DNA of 64,000 nt from Octopus sinensis (lineage: Eukaryota), in NCBI RefSeq assembly GCF_006345805.1, contig NC_043002.1:64232001-64296000 (forward strand). The letters are read 5' to 3'. The notes under the pieces are model-generated. The model was not told the origin of the DNA and made no database searches. It was given only the letters and a program-made list of their open reading frames with translations. This document shows positions 52,588 through 64,000 of this stretch, piece by piece; the first letter of the stretch is position 1, and each line of letters opens with the position of its first letter. Both the position numbers and the translations under genes were made by a program.

Positions 52588-53437
52588 TGTGGTCCTATAG
52601 GTATCAGGCTGTGACATATTAACGAAACTAAAGCATGCAGAGTGAATCTGTTTGGCACAGATTGGCCACCAATTTTGCAGTTCATGCACATTAAATTTTA
52701 ACGTTCTAGCTCACTTTTTCTGTTTCCAGCAGTGCTTGGAAGGAAGGGGTGTAGCGAATGATCGTTGCATTGACCATCACAGAGGCCCACGCAAAGATGC
52801 GCAATGTGTAGGGAAAAGCGTGTATGAGTCGTTCACATGTGTACGAGTGGTTTACACGTTTTCAAATTGACCGAAAATACGTCGCTATTGGCGCACGTTC
52901 TGGAAGAGTCGCATCCAGAAGAACTGAGAATTACATCGCAGATGTGCGTACATCTGTGAGGGAAAATCGTCGAATCACCATCCGTGAGTTATCCGAAGAT
53001 GTGCAGATAAGTTACAGTTCATTTCTGTCCATTATCACTAAAGATTTTGGGTACGAGACACGTGTATGCCAAATTTGTGCCCAAAGTGTTTTCATATGAT
53101 CACAAAGACCCTCGGGTTTCAGTTGAACAAGATCTCCTTGATTAAATCGAGTACAATGAAAACTTTTTGATTTGAAAACTTTGCGTAGGCCTCTGAGCAG
53201 ATGTCGCCAGGCTTTTGGCAAAATTTGATGCAGATTCTTAGCTCAACTTCCTCTGTTATGGTGAATTCGATCACACGCTATGCACCCTCCTCCCAAGCAA
53301 TCCTGTAAACAGAAAAAGTGATCTGCAACATACACATAAGAGATCCCGGTCAATCTGTGCCAAGCGGCATCACTTTGCGTGTTTTAGTTTCGTTACTATG
53401 GCAGCATCCCGGATACATATTGATCAGAACGCGCGTG
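52588..53437 (+). mobile_element. Non-autonomous mariner, same rearranged family as 38730-39541, opposite orientation
   Basis: ORF 52824..53099 MSRSHVYEWFTRF...SGR...RRITIRELSEDVQIS is a mariner HTH; 53170-53250 is an inverted second N-terminus (RICIKFCQKPGDICSEAYAKF); degenerate TIRs. Confidence 0.85.
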
Positions 53438-53491
53438 TATACACTCATTAAATATATCATATATATATGACCTATCTCTTTATATACCTAT

Positions 53492-53564
<73 letters not shown>

Positions 53565-55700
53565 ATATACATATATAAATTAAATTAGAGATAAAACCAC
53601 TATTAGGCAAATCAAACAATGAAAAACATAAACCAAAACATAAAAATAAATATATTAATACAATATACAAAATGTATAAAATATAAATTGAAATTTAAAT
53701 TATTTAAATTTAAAATTTTTAATTTATATTTATAAATTTTTTTATTTTTTTATTTTTTTTTATTTTAAGTTTAAAATGTGAAATTTGATTTAATCCTAAA
53801 TCTAATTTTCCCCTGTTAGTTTGGATTTACTCCCTAATATTATTATTATTATATACTTACACACACACACACACAGACACACATATATATATATACATAC
53901 ATACGTACATACATACATACATACATACATACATGTTTCCCTAATTCTCATATGCTTCAGCCATATTAGAGACCCAATCACTGTAATACTGAAATTTTTA
54001 GCGAGGAACTATCTCACTGTACCCAGATATGTTAATGGACAAAGAGTGAGTTCCAAGTGCTCTGCGCACAGATTAATGAGTGCATGCATTTCGGAGTAGT
54101 CGTCTCCTCATTGGCAGCAGAAAAGGAGCCGCCGCGAATTGACAACGAAACACAAAATATATCTTCGTATATTCCAGACAAGTTACTGCGTCTTGGTTTT
54201 AGTAAAATTCTGACTTGTAGCGCTCAGTAGTTTTTGGTACAAATTGTGCATTTTACAAATTCATGGAAAGCTAGACATACTATTTTGCCATGGAGAAGTA
54301 TTGTCACAGTAGACAAATACGTGTAAACACTATAATACTTTCCACCTCCTTCACATCAAGCGAACTGCAGCCTCTTATAAACGTGAATATATGTTAAAGA
54401 ATTCGCTGTAATGTTTTTGATACATTGAAGAATATAAGAATTTCGAAACACTCTAAGCCATTTATATATTAATCACATAATATAAAATTATTCCCAATGG
54501 AACACTAAAGAGATGAGTTGCGATGAACGAAACGCATGTCACGAAAAACCTGTTCTCTATTTGCTTAAATATGATACATACAAAAGCCAAAATACTCACG
54601 CACACACATATTTACAAATATAAATGTATGTTTATTCATATTTACATGCGTGTGTTCGTTTGTGTGTGTGATTTCTTTTTTCGTGTGTGTGCGTGCGTGC
54701 CGATATCTCAAAATAATTTTGTAAGAGTTATTTCTAGATATAAAATAGTGTCATTTTGCGTATTTAGATATTTCATCTGTTATTTAGTAGATAATCTTTG
54801 CTCAGATTTCAATGATTAAAACCGTTTGGGAATGATACAAATAAATGGTGTCGGCACAGATAAAATGCTGTAATGTGGATTGTGTATTTATTTTGAAATA
54901 TCTGCGTACATAAACATATAATATTGCTTTTAATGTTAAGTAAATTTGTCAGATAACCAATTATAACCAAGTCTGGCAACATGTACTTTACCAGTCTACC
55001 GATATTTCCCTTTAAAAATATACAATAATTTTATTATATTAAGCACTGTGTCCTTCCAACGTCTATTCTCATATACATACACGCGTTTTAAGTTGATTTC
55101 TTTGCCATTAGTTGAAGAGCGATCACATACAAGCGTCTAAACTTTGACTAGATTAATAAACAATTAATTGTATTTTTATGAAGTTCTTTGCTTGATTTGA
55201 GGGAAAATGTCTTTTAATAAGTTCAATGTGCATATGGAATAAAGTTCATAAGATATTTAATTCTTAGTGATCAAATTCAATCAAATAAATATTAACAATT
55301 TTACTATAGGCAACATGCGTGAGTATGGAATAAAGAACATCAATTTTGATTGGTTTTATATTTTTGTTGTTGATCAAATCGTATGTTATCAAAACTCATG
55401 ATAGTGGTTTTCCACAGAATTTACAGCTTAGGTTATTGAGAACTAATTTAGCTGAAATAGCCTTACGATTTGAAAACTAAAGGTAGAAGTTCTAAATGAA
55501 TTATGACTTTGCCAACACACACACGCATATCTATTATTCTATATATATATATATATACTTATATACACAGAAAGTATGAGGCTTTAGTTCATATGTGATT
55601 TAAATGATTAGGTACGCTAGCTAAGTGCTGTAACTGATTGCTCAAAGATTATAGTCGAGACGGTAGTTATGGAGCCATTGCAGATTTCCGATGCAGCAGA

Positions 55701-57228
55701 TACATAATTGTTAAACAGGACATCAAACATTTACGCAAGGCACACATCTCAAGTCATATACAATATTATTACGGGAAGAAATTCAAAATCTTATAGGTGT
55801 TTTAGGGATGCCCTCGAGTATAGGATATTCCTTCATCAGAGACAACTTGGGGGAAAATATGGAAAAAGAGATGGTATATATCAATAAAATGAGGAGGTAA
55901 AAGAATAAGGCGATGGAAAGAGAGAAGAAAAAAAGAGGCATGAAAGTTCCTAGTTCAACTTTTCGAAGTTATAGAAGCCAAATATATGGAGAATAGTAAT
56001 TCCACATTACCAGCCAGCCATATACACAATATAATTAATAGAAAATACATTATAAACTTTCCTGGGCTATTATAGTCTCGAGTACCCCATATCAGAGCTA
56101 ACACTGTAGTTGTGTCATTTGCTTAATGAAGCTCTCAAAATTCTAACCCCAAACTGCTTAATAAATACAACGAGGCCTTCATTACGTGTAAGCACAAATT
56201 CTTCCGCAATTTAAAATTCTTTCATCCCACTAATAGCACCCACATACATGCCCCTACGATCATAAACGCCTTACCTCATATCTCTCTACCCTACCTCCTC
56301 AAACTATGAAATAAATATTAGACCTTAACTTGAAAATTCCTTAATATAAACCCCTAACTCCCACTCATAAATGATTTAATATTCAATTGGCTCTTCCTTT
56401 CTCAACTACCTACGCACAAACAGCCCCATCGCTAAAAATAACAGCCACTGACCTTAGCAAGGATGGAAACAAGCAATTGCTATCAAATTTCCTCTCCAAC
56501 AATCTTAGAGTTTCAAACTATAGACTGAGATTAGAAACTACTTATACTTTGAAACAACTCTCTTTAAATTACTTTCATTTCGCTCTACTTTTTTTACGCT
56601 AGTTTTTAACCCTATCTTCCTGTATCTCTCCATCCTCTCTCTTATCTGTTTGGCTACCCCATACACATTTCCTAGAGACCTTACACATACTTTATCATAT
56701 ACCCAATCCTTACAATCACCCCCTACTCACTTTATCCACACCTTTTTCTATATCATTTCGTTTCTTTACTTTGACAGCCACATCTACTACAATGCTGCCA
56801 TTGCAGGTTGATATGTTCATATTTTTTTCTTAAGATGTCTATTATATAAGGCATCTAACCCACATGGATATACGCACGATTGCACCCAAGCACTTACACT
56901 CATGGATCTACGCACCCAAGCACTTACACTCATGGATATACTTTAGATTCTATAACTTCGGTAAGTTGAACTATGAACTGTTATGCCTCCTTTATCTTCT
57001 GACTTTCCATATCCTTATTCTTTTACCCCCTTCATCTATGGTGTCGTTTTATTGATCTATACCAATATCATTTTCCATAATTTTCCTTAATTCGTCTCTG
57101 ATGACAGTATATCCCATACTCGAGGATATCTCAGAAACAGTTGTAAGATTTGGAATTTCTTCCTGTGATAATATTGTATATGACGAGATGTTAACCTTGC
57201 ATTAATGTTTGACGTCCTGTTCAACAAT
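55701..57228 (+). mobile_element. Old Penelope-like element remnant: inverted pLTR pair (55701-55925 minus; 57000-57228 plus) around a GIY-YIG C-terminal remnant
   Basis: The two pLTRs align as diverged reverse complements and both contain CTGATGA. 56105-56205 reads CHLLNEALKIL..(frameshift)LLNKYNEAFITCKHKFF, resembling the PLE end motif LLNKRSE..CRHK as recalled. Confidence 0.6.
57089..57157 (+). ncRNA. Type I hammerhead motif, slightly decayed
   Basis: TCT-CTGATGA(57098-57104)-atatcc/ggatat stem II-GAAA(57134-37)-C-AGTT-GTA(57143-45)-AGA; distal aattc/gaatt pairing. Confidence 0.55.
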
Positions 57229-57740
57229 TACACATACACACATATATATATGCATGTATGTATATATATATATATAATATATATAATATATATATGTGTG
57301 TGTGTGGTGTGTGTGTGTGTGTGTTGTGTATGTATGCACACCCATTTATGTATAGACATATATCTGTATATATATATATGTATATGCATAAATGTATATA
57401 TACGTAGACGTTCGCACACAGCAGCTTTATATATTATGTATATATATATATAGTATATATATATATATATATATTCATATTATATATAAATATATATATA
57501 TGTATGTATATATATATATTTGTATATATATATATATATATAATATATGTATATATATATTTGTATATATATATATATATATGTATGTATATATATATAT
57601 ATTTGTATTATTATATATATATATATATATAATATATATATTATATATATATATGTAGGTCCCGGTTTGATCCGGGGTTAACCACAGTAAGTAAGGTACT
57701 CAATACATAGCAGAGTAAAATTAATTTATTATATAGAAGG

Positions 57741-57791
57741 AGCTTCTACAGGACTAGTACTGTTTCATTCAAGAGAATTCTTCAGGAAGCT
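57741..57791 (-). ncRNA. Type I hammerhead ribozyme (intact, minus strand)
   Basis: AGCTTC-CTGAAGA-ATTC/tctt/GAAT-GAAA-CAG/tactagtc/CTG-TA|GAAGCT: 6-bp stem I, 4-bp stem II, 4-bp stem III, GUA site at 57749-57747. Confidence 0.85.
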
Positions 57792-57838
57792 TCCTGAAGA
57801 TTTCTCTTGAATGAAACAGTACTAGTCCTGTAGAAGCT
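57788..57838 (+). ncRNA. Type I hammerhead ribozyme (plus-strand mirror, U-U at the stem II closing pair)
   Basis: AGCTTC(57788-93)-CTGAAGA(57794-800)-TTTC/tctt/GAAT-GAAA(57813-16)-CAG...CTG-TA(57831-32)|GAAGCT(57833-38). Confidence 0.75.
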
Positions 57839-58073
57839 CCTTCTATATAATAAATATATATATATATATATATATATATTAAGATATATACATAGAAACA
57901 GATAAGAGGACAGATGCGATGAATGTATATTTATTATAATTGTTTACAACTGTTTCATAGTTTCGTTCGTTATGTATGAAAAAATTACGTTAATATTACA
58001 GGATCACGCACATATATACTGAACTTATACGTATATACATATACGTATATATGTATATATATAATATATATAT

Positions 58074-58148
<75 letters not shown>

Positions 58149-58460
58149 ATATATAATTGAGTGTGAATACTCATATATACAAGAGTGCTAAGAATGGAAT
58201 TACCAATCTGTATCTCTGTCTCTATAAAATTATATCATTGACATTTATGTTGTATAATAAATCATTTTTGCAATGAGAAATTTGGAGACATTTGTATTTA
58301 TAATCTGAATATTTTGAATGAGCCAGACTTATATATCATAAAGACAGTTTATGAGTAAAACGGCAATATGTGACTTTCGTCTCCAATCTTTGGTTCTTTC
58401 CTTCGATATTGTCAACGCCAACTTTCCGTGACCCTCTAGGACATCAACCAAAATTTTCTG

Positions 58461-58610
58461 GTAGTAGAAGTACTAGTAGCAGCAGCAGCAGTAGTAGTAG
58501 GAGTAGTAGTAGTAGTAGTAGTAGATGTGGTGTTGATGGTAGGAGTAGTGGTAGTTGTAGTAGTATTAGTAGTCGTAGAAGCAGCAGCAGCAGTAGCTAC
58601 CGTGGTATTT
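58461..58610. repeat. Degenerate (GTA/GCA)n microsatellite
   Basis: Direct reading. Confidence 0.9.
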
Positions 58611-58767
58611 GTAGCAGCGCTGTTGGTATCGGTGTTAATTTTTCCATTGTTACACATGAAACAGAAGCAATAGCTCTTGTTTGCGTTACATGCGGTCGAG
58701 ATGCATACTGCTTACCACATACCAAGGCCTGATTTGTGTATATATCAATATACGCACACACACACAC

Positions 58768-58800
<33 letters not shown>

Positions 58801-58997
58801 CACGCACCCACACACACATATATATATTTCTCGGCACGAATGGAATTTTAAACGGCGCCGATTGAGGGCTTACATGGCCTTTTATTAGACTATTTTTCTT
58901 AGTCATTGCACGGTTATAGCCATTATTTCGCAATGAGATAAAAAACCCAAAGCTCTGTATATATATATATATATATATATATTATTATATATATTTG

Positions 58998-59085
58998 GAA
59001 ACAGCTGTAAGACCTTCTAACTATAAATGTTCTAAAATCTACACAGCTTTGATTTTATTTATCTCGTTACGCAATAAAATTATAT
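58998..59085 (+). mobile_element. pLTR 3' fragment beginning with half a hammerhead (GAAAC-AGCT-GTA)
   Basis: ggaaacagctgtaagacc directly after (TA)n; the 5' half is absent. Confidence 0.4.
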
Positions 59086-59121
59086 ATCTACATACATACA
59101 CATACACACACACACACACAC

Positions 59122-59188
<67 letters not shown>

Positions 59189-59334
59189 GTATGTATATAT
59201 ATATGTATGTATATATGTATACCACATACAAACATACAACAACACATATTTGTAGATACATATGTAGTATGTGTTGGTCAAAATACTGCAGCAAATAAAA
59301 TATATCTGTCTATCTAACTATCTATTATATATAT

Positions 59335-59424
<90 letters not shown>

Positions 59425-59433
59425 ATCAATCTA

Positions 59434-59499
<66 letters not shown>

Positions 59500-59500
<1 letters not shown>

Positions 59501-59900
59501 AATGTAAAAAAATACAAACTGGGACAAGAACGTAAAACATTTAGAAGACGATACAAAAAACACGGACGGGACATTCGAAGCCTTCAATCTTCAGTCAAAA
59601 ACCGGATCATCATCGCAATTTCGGCTGATTTATCTTGAGATTGCTCCGATCTGGCCAGCTCCAAAGGAAAATCTAAGCCAAGCGCATTAGATTCCTTGGA
59701 AGAAAGCATTGAATGGATACAAAACAAGGACGGAAAACCGGACGATATTACACGAATAAAAATACAAAAATACGTAAAAACAATAATGATTACACGAATA
59801 AGAATACAAAAATACGTAAAAACAATAATGATAATAATAATAACAACAAAAACAGGACGTCACAAACAAGCGTCTTTTCGACAGGACGAGTAAATTTTTG
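59500..59900. mobile_element. Unclassified interspersed repeat remnant with a 42-bp tandem duplication
   Basis: Non-microsatellite block between simple repeats; attacacgaataa.aatacaaaaatacgtaaaaacaataatg occurs twice. Confidence 0.4.
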
Positions 59901-60072
59901 AGCTGGCGTTACAAAAAAGCCTTAGGGCTACAGAGAGAAAAAAAAATGTGTCTTGCCGCAACGGCTGCTGGCCACGAAGGGGCTAGCAATCGGTTGGCTA
60001 GTCAAGTGTGAGGGAAAGAGAGAGGAAAAGGGGGACAGATGAAGAGAGAAAGAAGGGGAACAAAGGAGGAGG

Positions 60073-60104
<32 letters not shown>

Positions 60105-60288
60105 CAAAGAGAGAGATCAAAGTGGAGTGCAAAGTGTGAAAGGTAGAGAAATGTAGGAGTGTGTGGGGAGAGAGACAGTGTTGTAGAGTCGTACCATGTG
60201 TTAAAGAAGATATACTTACGTATAAGTCCCAAAAAGGGTACGTCGACGCTTATATATATATGTAAATGTATATATATATATTTAATAT

Positions 60289-60319
<31 letters not shown>

Positions 60320-60327
60320 GTATATAT

Positions 60328-60365
<38 letters not shown>

Positions 60366-60465
60366 TATATGTATGTATATTCATATATATGATGTATATT
60401 TATACATATATGTATGTATATTTATTATTATATATGTATGTATATTTATATATATGTATGTATAT

Positions 60466-60532
<67 letters not shown>

Positions 60533-61363
60533 TATGTACGTATGTATACATCCCTACATACCTAAAGTTATATATATTATTAATATATACATATCTGCTG
60601 CGCGTATGAATGAATGTATATGTATCTGCGTGTGTACTAGGTGTATGTGAGCATTTGTGTGTTGGTCTTTGTTTTGTTACCTCTTTTCAACTGTAAATCC
60701 CCACTGTTCAAGTACAGAGGTCGCTATGACGATATTGGTCGAACTTCTTGAGTGTGATGTAATTACGCGTCTTTTAATTACATAGCATCAAAATAGAAAT
60801 TTTTCTAGAAAAGATAAAGGAAGAAGTTGATAAACGTATATTGAGATGTATTTGACCATGAGAAAGTATATTTAATTCATAGTTCATTAGTTGTATAGAA
60901 ATATAGATAATTTTAAATTGAAATTAAAATACACATCAATGCGTTGCTGGAAATAGTTCCAATTATTCTTCCTGAGAGTGGTAACTGTTGATATATACCA
61001 GTCAGTCTCTCATTTATGCTGTTTGAAGGTGAAGGTATATAGCAGAAGCAGTTTTGAGTCGGCCGCTTTTGTTTCACTCCTTTGCACTCCGAAGTCGACT
61101 TCTAAGAAGATTGCCACGCATGTGCACGCTCACATACCTCGTTTCAATCGTTCGAGTTGGTGTCATATCTCTTAGGGTTATACACGCAAACACGTATTTT
61201 TATATCTAAAGATATATAACTATATATACACACATGTATGAGTATATTTGTGCACCCACACAGACACACACACATACACACAGGTAGATAGATAGATAGA
61301 TGGATAGATAGATAGATAGATATATAGATAGATAGATAGATAGATAGATGGATAGAGAGATAA

Positions 61364-61427
<64 letters not shown>

Positions 61428-61445
61428 GTAGATAGATAGATAGAT

Positions 61446-62345
61446 ATGTTTCTTTATTAGCACACAGGGCTGCACACAGATAGAACAAATTACAGGTAGA
61501 GCTTTTCTTTGAAGGTTTAAAAAAAAAAAAAAAAAAAAAAGAAAGGGGGAGTTTCGATCAAAAGGGATCGTAAAAGGAGAGAAAGAGGACAAAAAAAAGG
61601 GGGGGGGTTTAAAAAAAAAAAAAAAAAGGGGGAGAGGAAAAAAATTGATCAATAGGGATCGTTATCACAGAAATGTCAATATGAAGTGTAAAGGGGAGGA
61701 CAGGTGAGGTTTACCCGTGGAAAGAAAAGCCTACGGAAAAGACACGGTAACCTCGGTCAATGAAGTCACATTTTATATTTCTTTTTTTTTTTTTTTTTTT
61801 TGCAAATAAGCAACTCTCTGTTTTCGATTTCTGGGTTCATAGGACTATGCTCAAGGTGGCTTCGTCATTCATACGTGCCATTCTTGCTACATTCACCCAT
61901 CTTTTTTTAAAACATTCGCTAGACAAAACTTGCCTCTCTACTCTCACTTTCCTTTTCAAGTGGTACTTGAAGAAGTTGATGAGAGATTGACCAGAGAGGA
62001 AAGTGTTTGTCTCCAATCCTTTCAGACGCGTCCACCAGATACATTCTTTCGCCATAGCCACAAGGATGATGAAAATAGCTCTTCCTTCCGTTTGAAGGAA
62101 GGAGGCGTGACAATATTGACGATAGACTCAGCTGATAAACCGACTCGTCCCACCGTGACAGCAGTTGTTCGACATAAGCCCACAGGTCGGAAATTGTTGG
62201 ACACTGAACGAGTGCGTGCAGAACGGTTTCGTCGCTCTGACCGCATCTCGGGCAGGTCGGCCCCGTGTTTCTCGAGCCGTGTCTGTAGAGCTTATCCCGA
62301 ACGGGTAGCGCTTCTCGGTAGCACTGCCAGGCCAGGGATCTCTGG
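61446..62345 (-). mobile_element. 5'-truncated Tx1/L1-like LINE: ORF2 C-terminus with CCHC zinc knuckle plus 3' UTR, inside a (GATA)n tract
   Basis: WQCYREALPVRDKLYRHG...CPRCGQSDETVLHALVQC...LWAYVEQLL, frameshifted into ...WWTRLKG...RWVNVARM..SIVL*. The 3' UTR ends gccctgtgtgctAATAAAgaaa; (TAGA)n on both sides. Confidence 0.82.
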
Positions 62346-62348
62346 ATT

Positions 62349-62423
<75 letters not shown>

Positions 62424-62638
62424 TAGTTCTTAACTACCCACATAGATGGGTCAAACAAGGACAGATAAAGGGATTAAGTCGATTACATAGACCCCAGTTC
62501 GAAACTGGTACTTTATTTATCGACCTAGAAAGGATGAAAGGCAAAGTCGACCTCGACGGAATTTGAACTCAGAACGTAACGGCAGACGAAATAAGGATAC
62601 GCATTTCGCCCGGCGTGCTAATGTTTCTGCCAGCTCGC
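62424..62638 (-). mobile_element. SINE family A with tail 2
   Basis: Full family A body and head; the tail abuts the (GATA)n tract. Confidence 0.9.
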
Positions 62639-62782
62639 ACATAGATAGATACATAGATACGCGCTCAAAAATATATATTTGCATATGTATGCGAGTATGT
62701 ACGTATACATTTATACGTGTATATGAATGATATGAATGTAAGTATATCCTGTGACATGAAAAAACGAAGATGTTTCTTTTTA

Positions 62783-63346
62783 TTGGGTTGTCCGGAAAGT
62801 TCGTACCGATTTATAGTAGCTTATATTTCGACTTATTTTAGAACATGGTTAAGTCCATAAGATAGGATTTGACCACACTTCCGTTTAGAGCACAGTTTAA
62901 AGCTATCTTTCGTGGAGGAAGGTCTATGTTCCAATAACCTGTGTTAATTCTGTAACCCTTTAAAACGGAATAAAAGAAAGTTCATTTTCGTCACTTGATG
63001 TTTGGCAACCAGACAAAAATTGCTGCAGCTTCTATGGGATGTGTTACCCCACCCTCCATTTTCACCAGATATTGCTCCTTCGGATTTCCACTTATTCAGG
63101 TCTCTGCAGTATAGACTTATTGGTAAACATTTCAATTCCTTGGATGACGTAAAAAGATACCTTGCTGAATTGTTTGCCATGAAATCACCCCAATTCTGGG
63201 AAGAGGGTATTTTCAAGTTAGAGGAAAGATGGAGATCCATTGTGCAACAAAATGGTTCATATTTGGTTGCTTAAAAATGTAATGGCACGTATTTATTAAC
63301 ATTTTTTTTCCTTTCAATATCAGCACGAACTTTCCGTACCATCCAA
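62783..63346 (+). mobile_element. Internally deleted mariner (DD34D-type) element with TIRs and TA target duplication
   Basis: TIRs ttgggttgtccggaaagttcgtaccgat / atcagcacgaactttccgtaccatccaa. ORF 63002..63274 has WDVLPHPPFSPDIAPSDFHLF...GIFKLEERW...NGSY. Confidence 0.92.
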
Positions 63347-63774
63347 TATAATGTTTGAACAAAGTAATTATTATGACATTACATGTAACGCTCTTACTGC
63401 ATCGTATGCAGTCAAAGCATTCATGTATTATATTTTAATGACAATATATATCTTACGTGTAATTTCGTGTCAATGACACCAGTTAGATTTGGCATTTTAC
63501 GAAATGAGATACTTAAGACATGAAACCCAAAGACAGGCTCAATGACCGCTTGATTTCTAGTAACAGATTGTTTTATCGAAATAGCATTTCAAGAAGACAA
63601 GTCGATCAGGAAATCTAAGCAAGCTATTAAAAGCATGGATTTAAGTATAGGCAAAGCGTCATGGAATTACAAAGATACAAACACACACATACACACACGC
63701 ACACGCACTCGCACACACGCGCACGCACATACACGCACACACACACATATAAATATATATATATGTGTGGGATT

Positions 63775-63980
63775 GTGTGTGTGTTGTGACTCCCTTTGGT
63801 CATGAATAACCATGGGATTGCACTTAGAATGTTACCCTCCAAGGCACAAGTCTGGGCAAGGTTATTTATGGAAGACCAGCAGTCGCCCATGCACACCAGC
63901 CTACTCTCTTCACGCCACCGATGTTATCCAAGGGTAAGTCAAAGGGTGATACGATTTGGCACCAGTGACGTGGCAGCTCA
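63775..63980 (+). mobile_element. SINE-like interspersed repeat 3' part (unclassified)
   Basis: Begins after a (TG)n tract; GC-richer block aggcacaagtctgggcaagg...gaagaccagcagtcgcccatgc recalled as a common octopus repeat. Confidence 0.4.
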
Positions 63981-64000
63981 TTTATTAACGTATACCCTTA

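Larger units (their letters stand above)
57660..57855 (-). mobile_element. PLE-like pLTR fragment ending in a 132-bp palindrome (arms 57724-57789 and 57790-57855), embedded in (TA)n
   Basis: Zero-spacer palindrome centred on AAG|CTT with one mismatch (57778/57801). Confidence 0.9.

Noticed and set aside
49760-54140. CpG-richer islands with YY1-like or CCAAT words (49760-49930, 50280-50330, 54050-54140) as promoters or enhancers
   Set aside because: Only short motifs expected by chance; these cannot be supported without conservation or chromatin data.
56882-56941. 30-bp tandem duplication (and similar 31-bp at about 16523-16585, 42-bp at about 59745-59830)
   Set aside because: Ordinary slippage duplications inside decayed repeats.
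58436-58732. Thr-rich ORF with an upstream Cys cluster (minus) and Ser-rich ORF (plus)
   Set aside because: Dominated by a degenerate GTA/GCA microsatellite; no usable splice or start context.
59570-59620. CTGAAGA on the minus strand as a hammerhead
   Set aside because: No GAAA in register after a stem II and no stem I pairing found.
61508-61645. Long A/G homopolymer runs as a special structure
   Set aside because: They lie in the LINE 3' UTR, and their lengths are probably inflated by slippage or long-read consensus error.

Overview
AT-rich, microsatellite-saturated eukaryotic DNA. It is almost certainly from an octopus or related cephalopod; this is an inference from the recurrent tRNA-derived SINE families and LINE ends. 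No intact protein-coding gene can be supported: nearly all listed ORFs are translated (TA)n/(CA)n/(TATC)n/(GTA)n repeats, and a few weak exon candidates are given at low confidence. The window is mostly decayed mobile DNA: several tRNA-SINE families, 3' ends of RTE, Tx1/L1-like and RLE-type LINEs, Tc1/mariner remnants, non-autonomous Helitrons and many Penelope-like (PLE) pseudo-LTR remnants. The main signal is a population of type I hammerhead ribozyme (HHR) motifs from several sequence families. Four look essentially intact (20003-20108 minus, 27933-27993 minus, 28132-28193 plus, 57741-57791 minus), three are near-intact and several are decayed. They sit in small fold-back (inverted-repeat) elements anchored in (TA)n tracts, including a 132-bp palindrome with one hammerhead per strand and a 605-bp terminally redundant, retrozyme-like unit. 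Secondary signals are a SINE whose Tx1-like tail repeatedly lands at the same base of its own tRNA-derived head, a two-headed non-autonomous mariner family and a tandem Helitron array. All structures were folded by eye; no ribozyme activity is shown.
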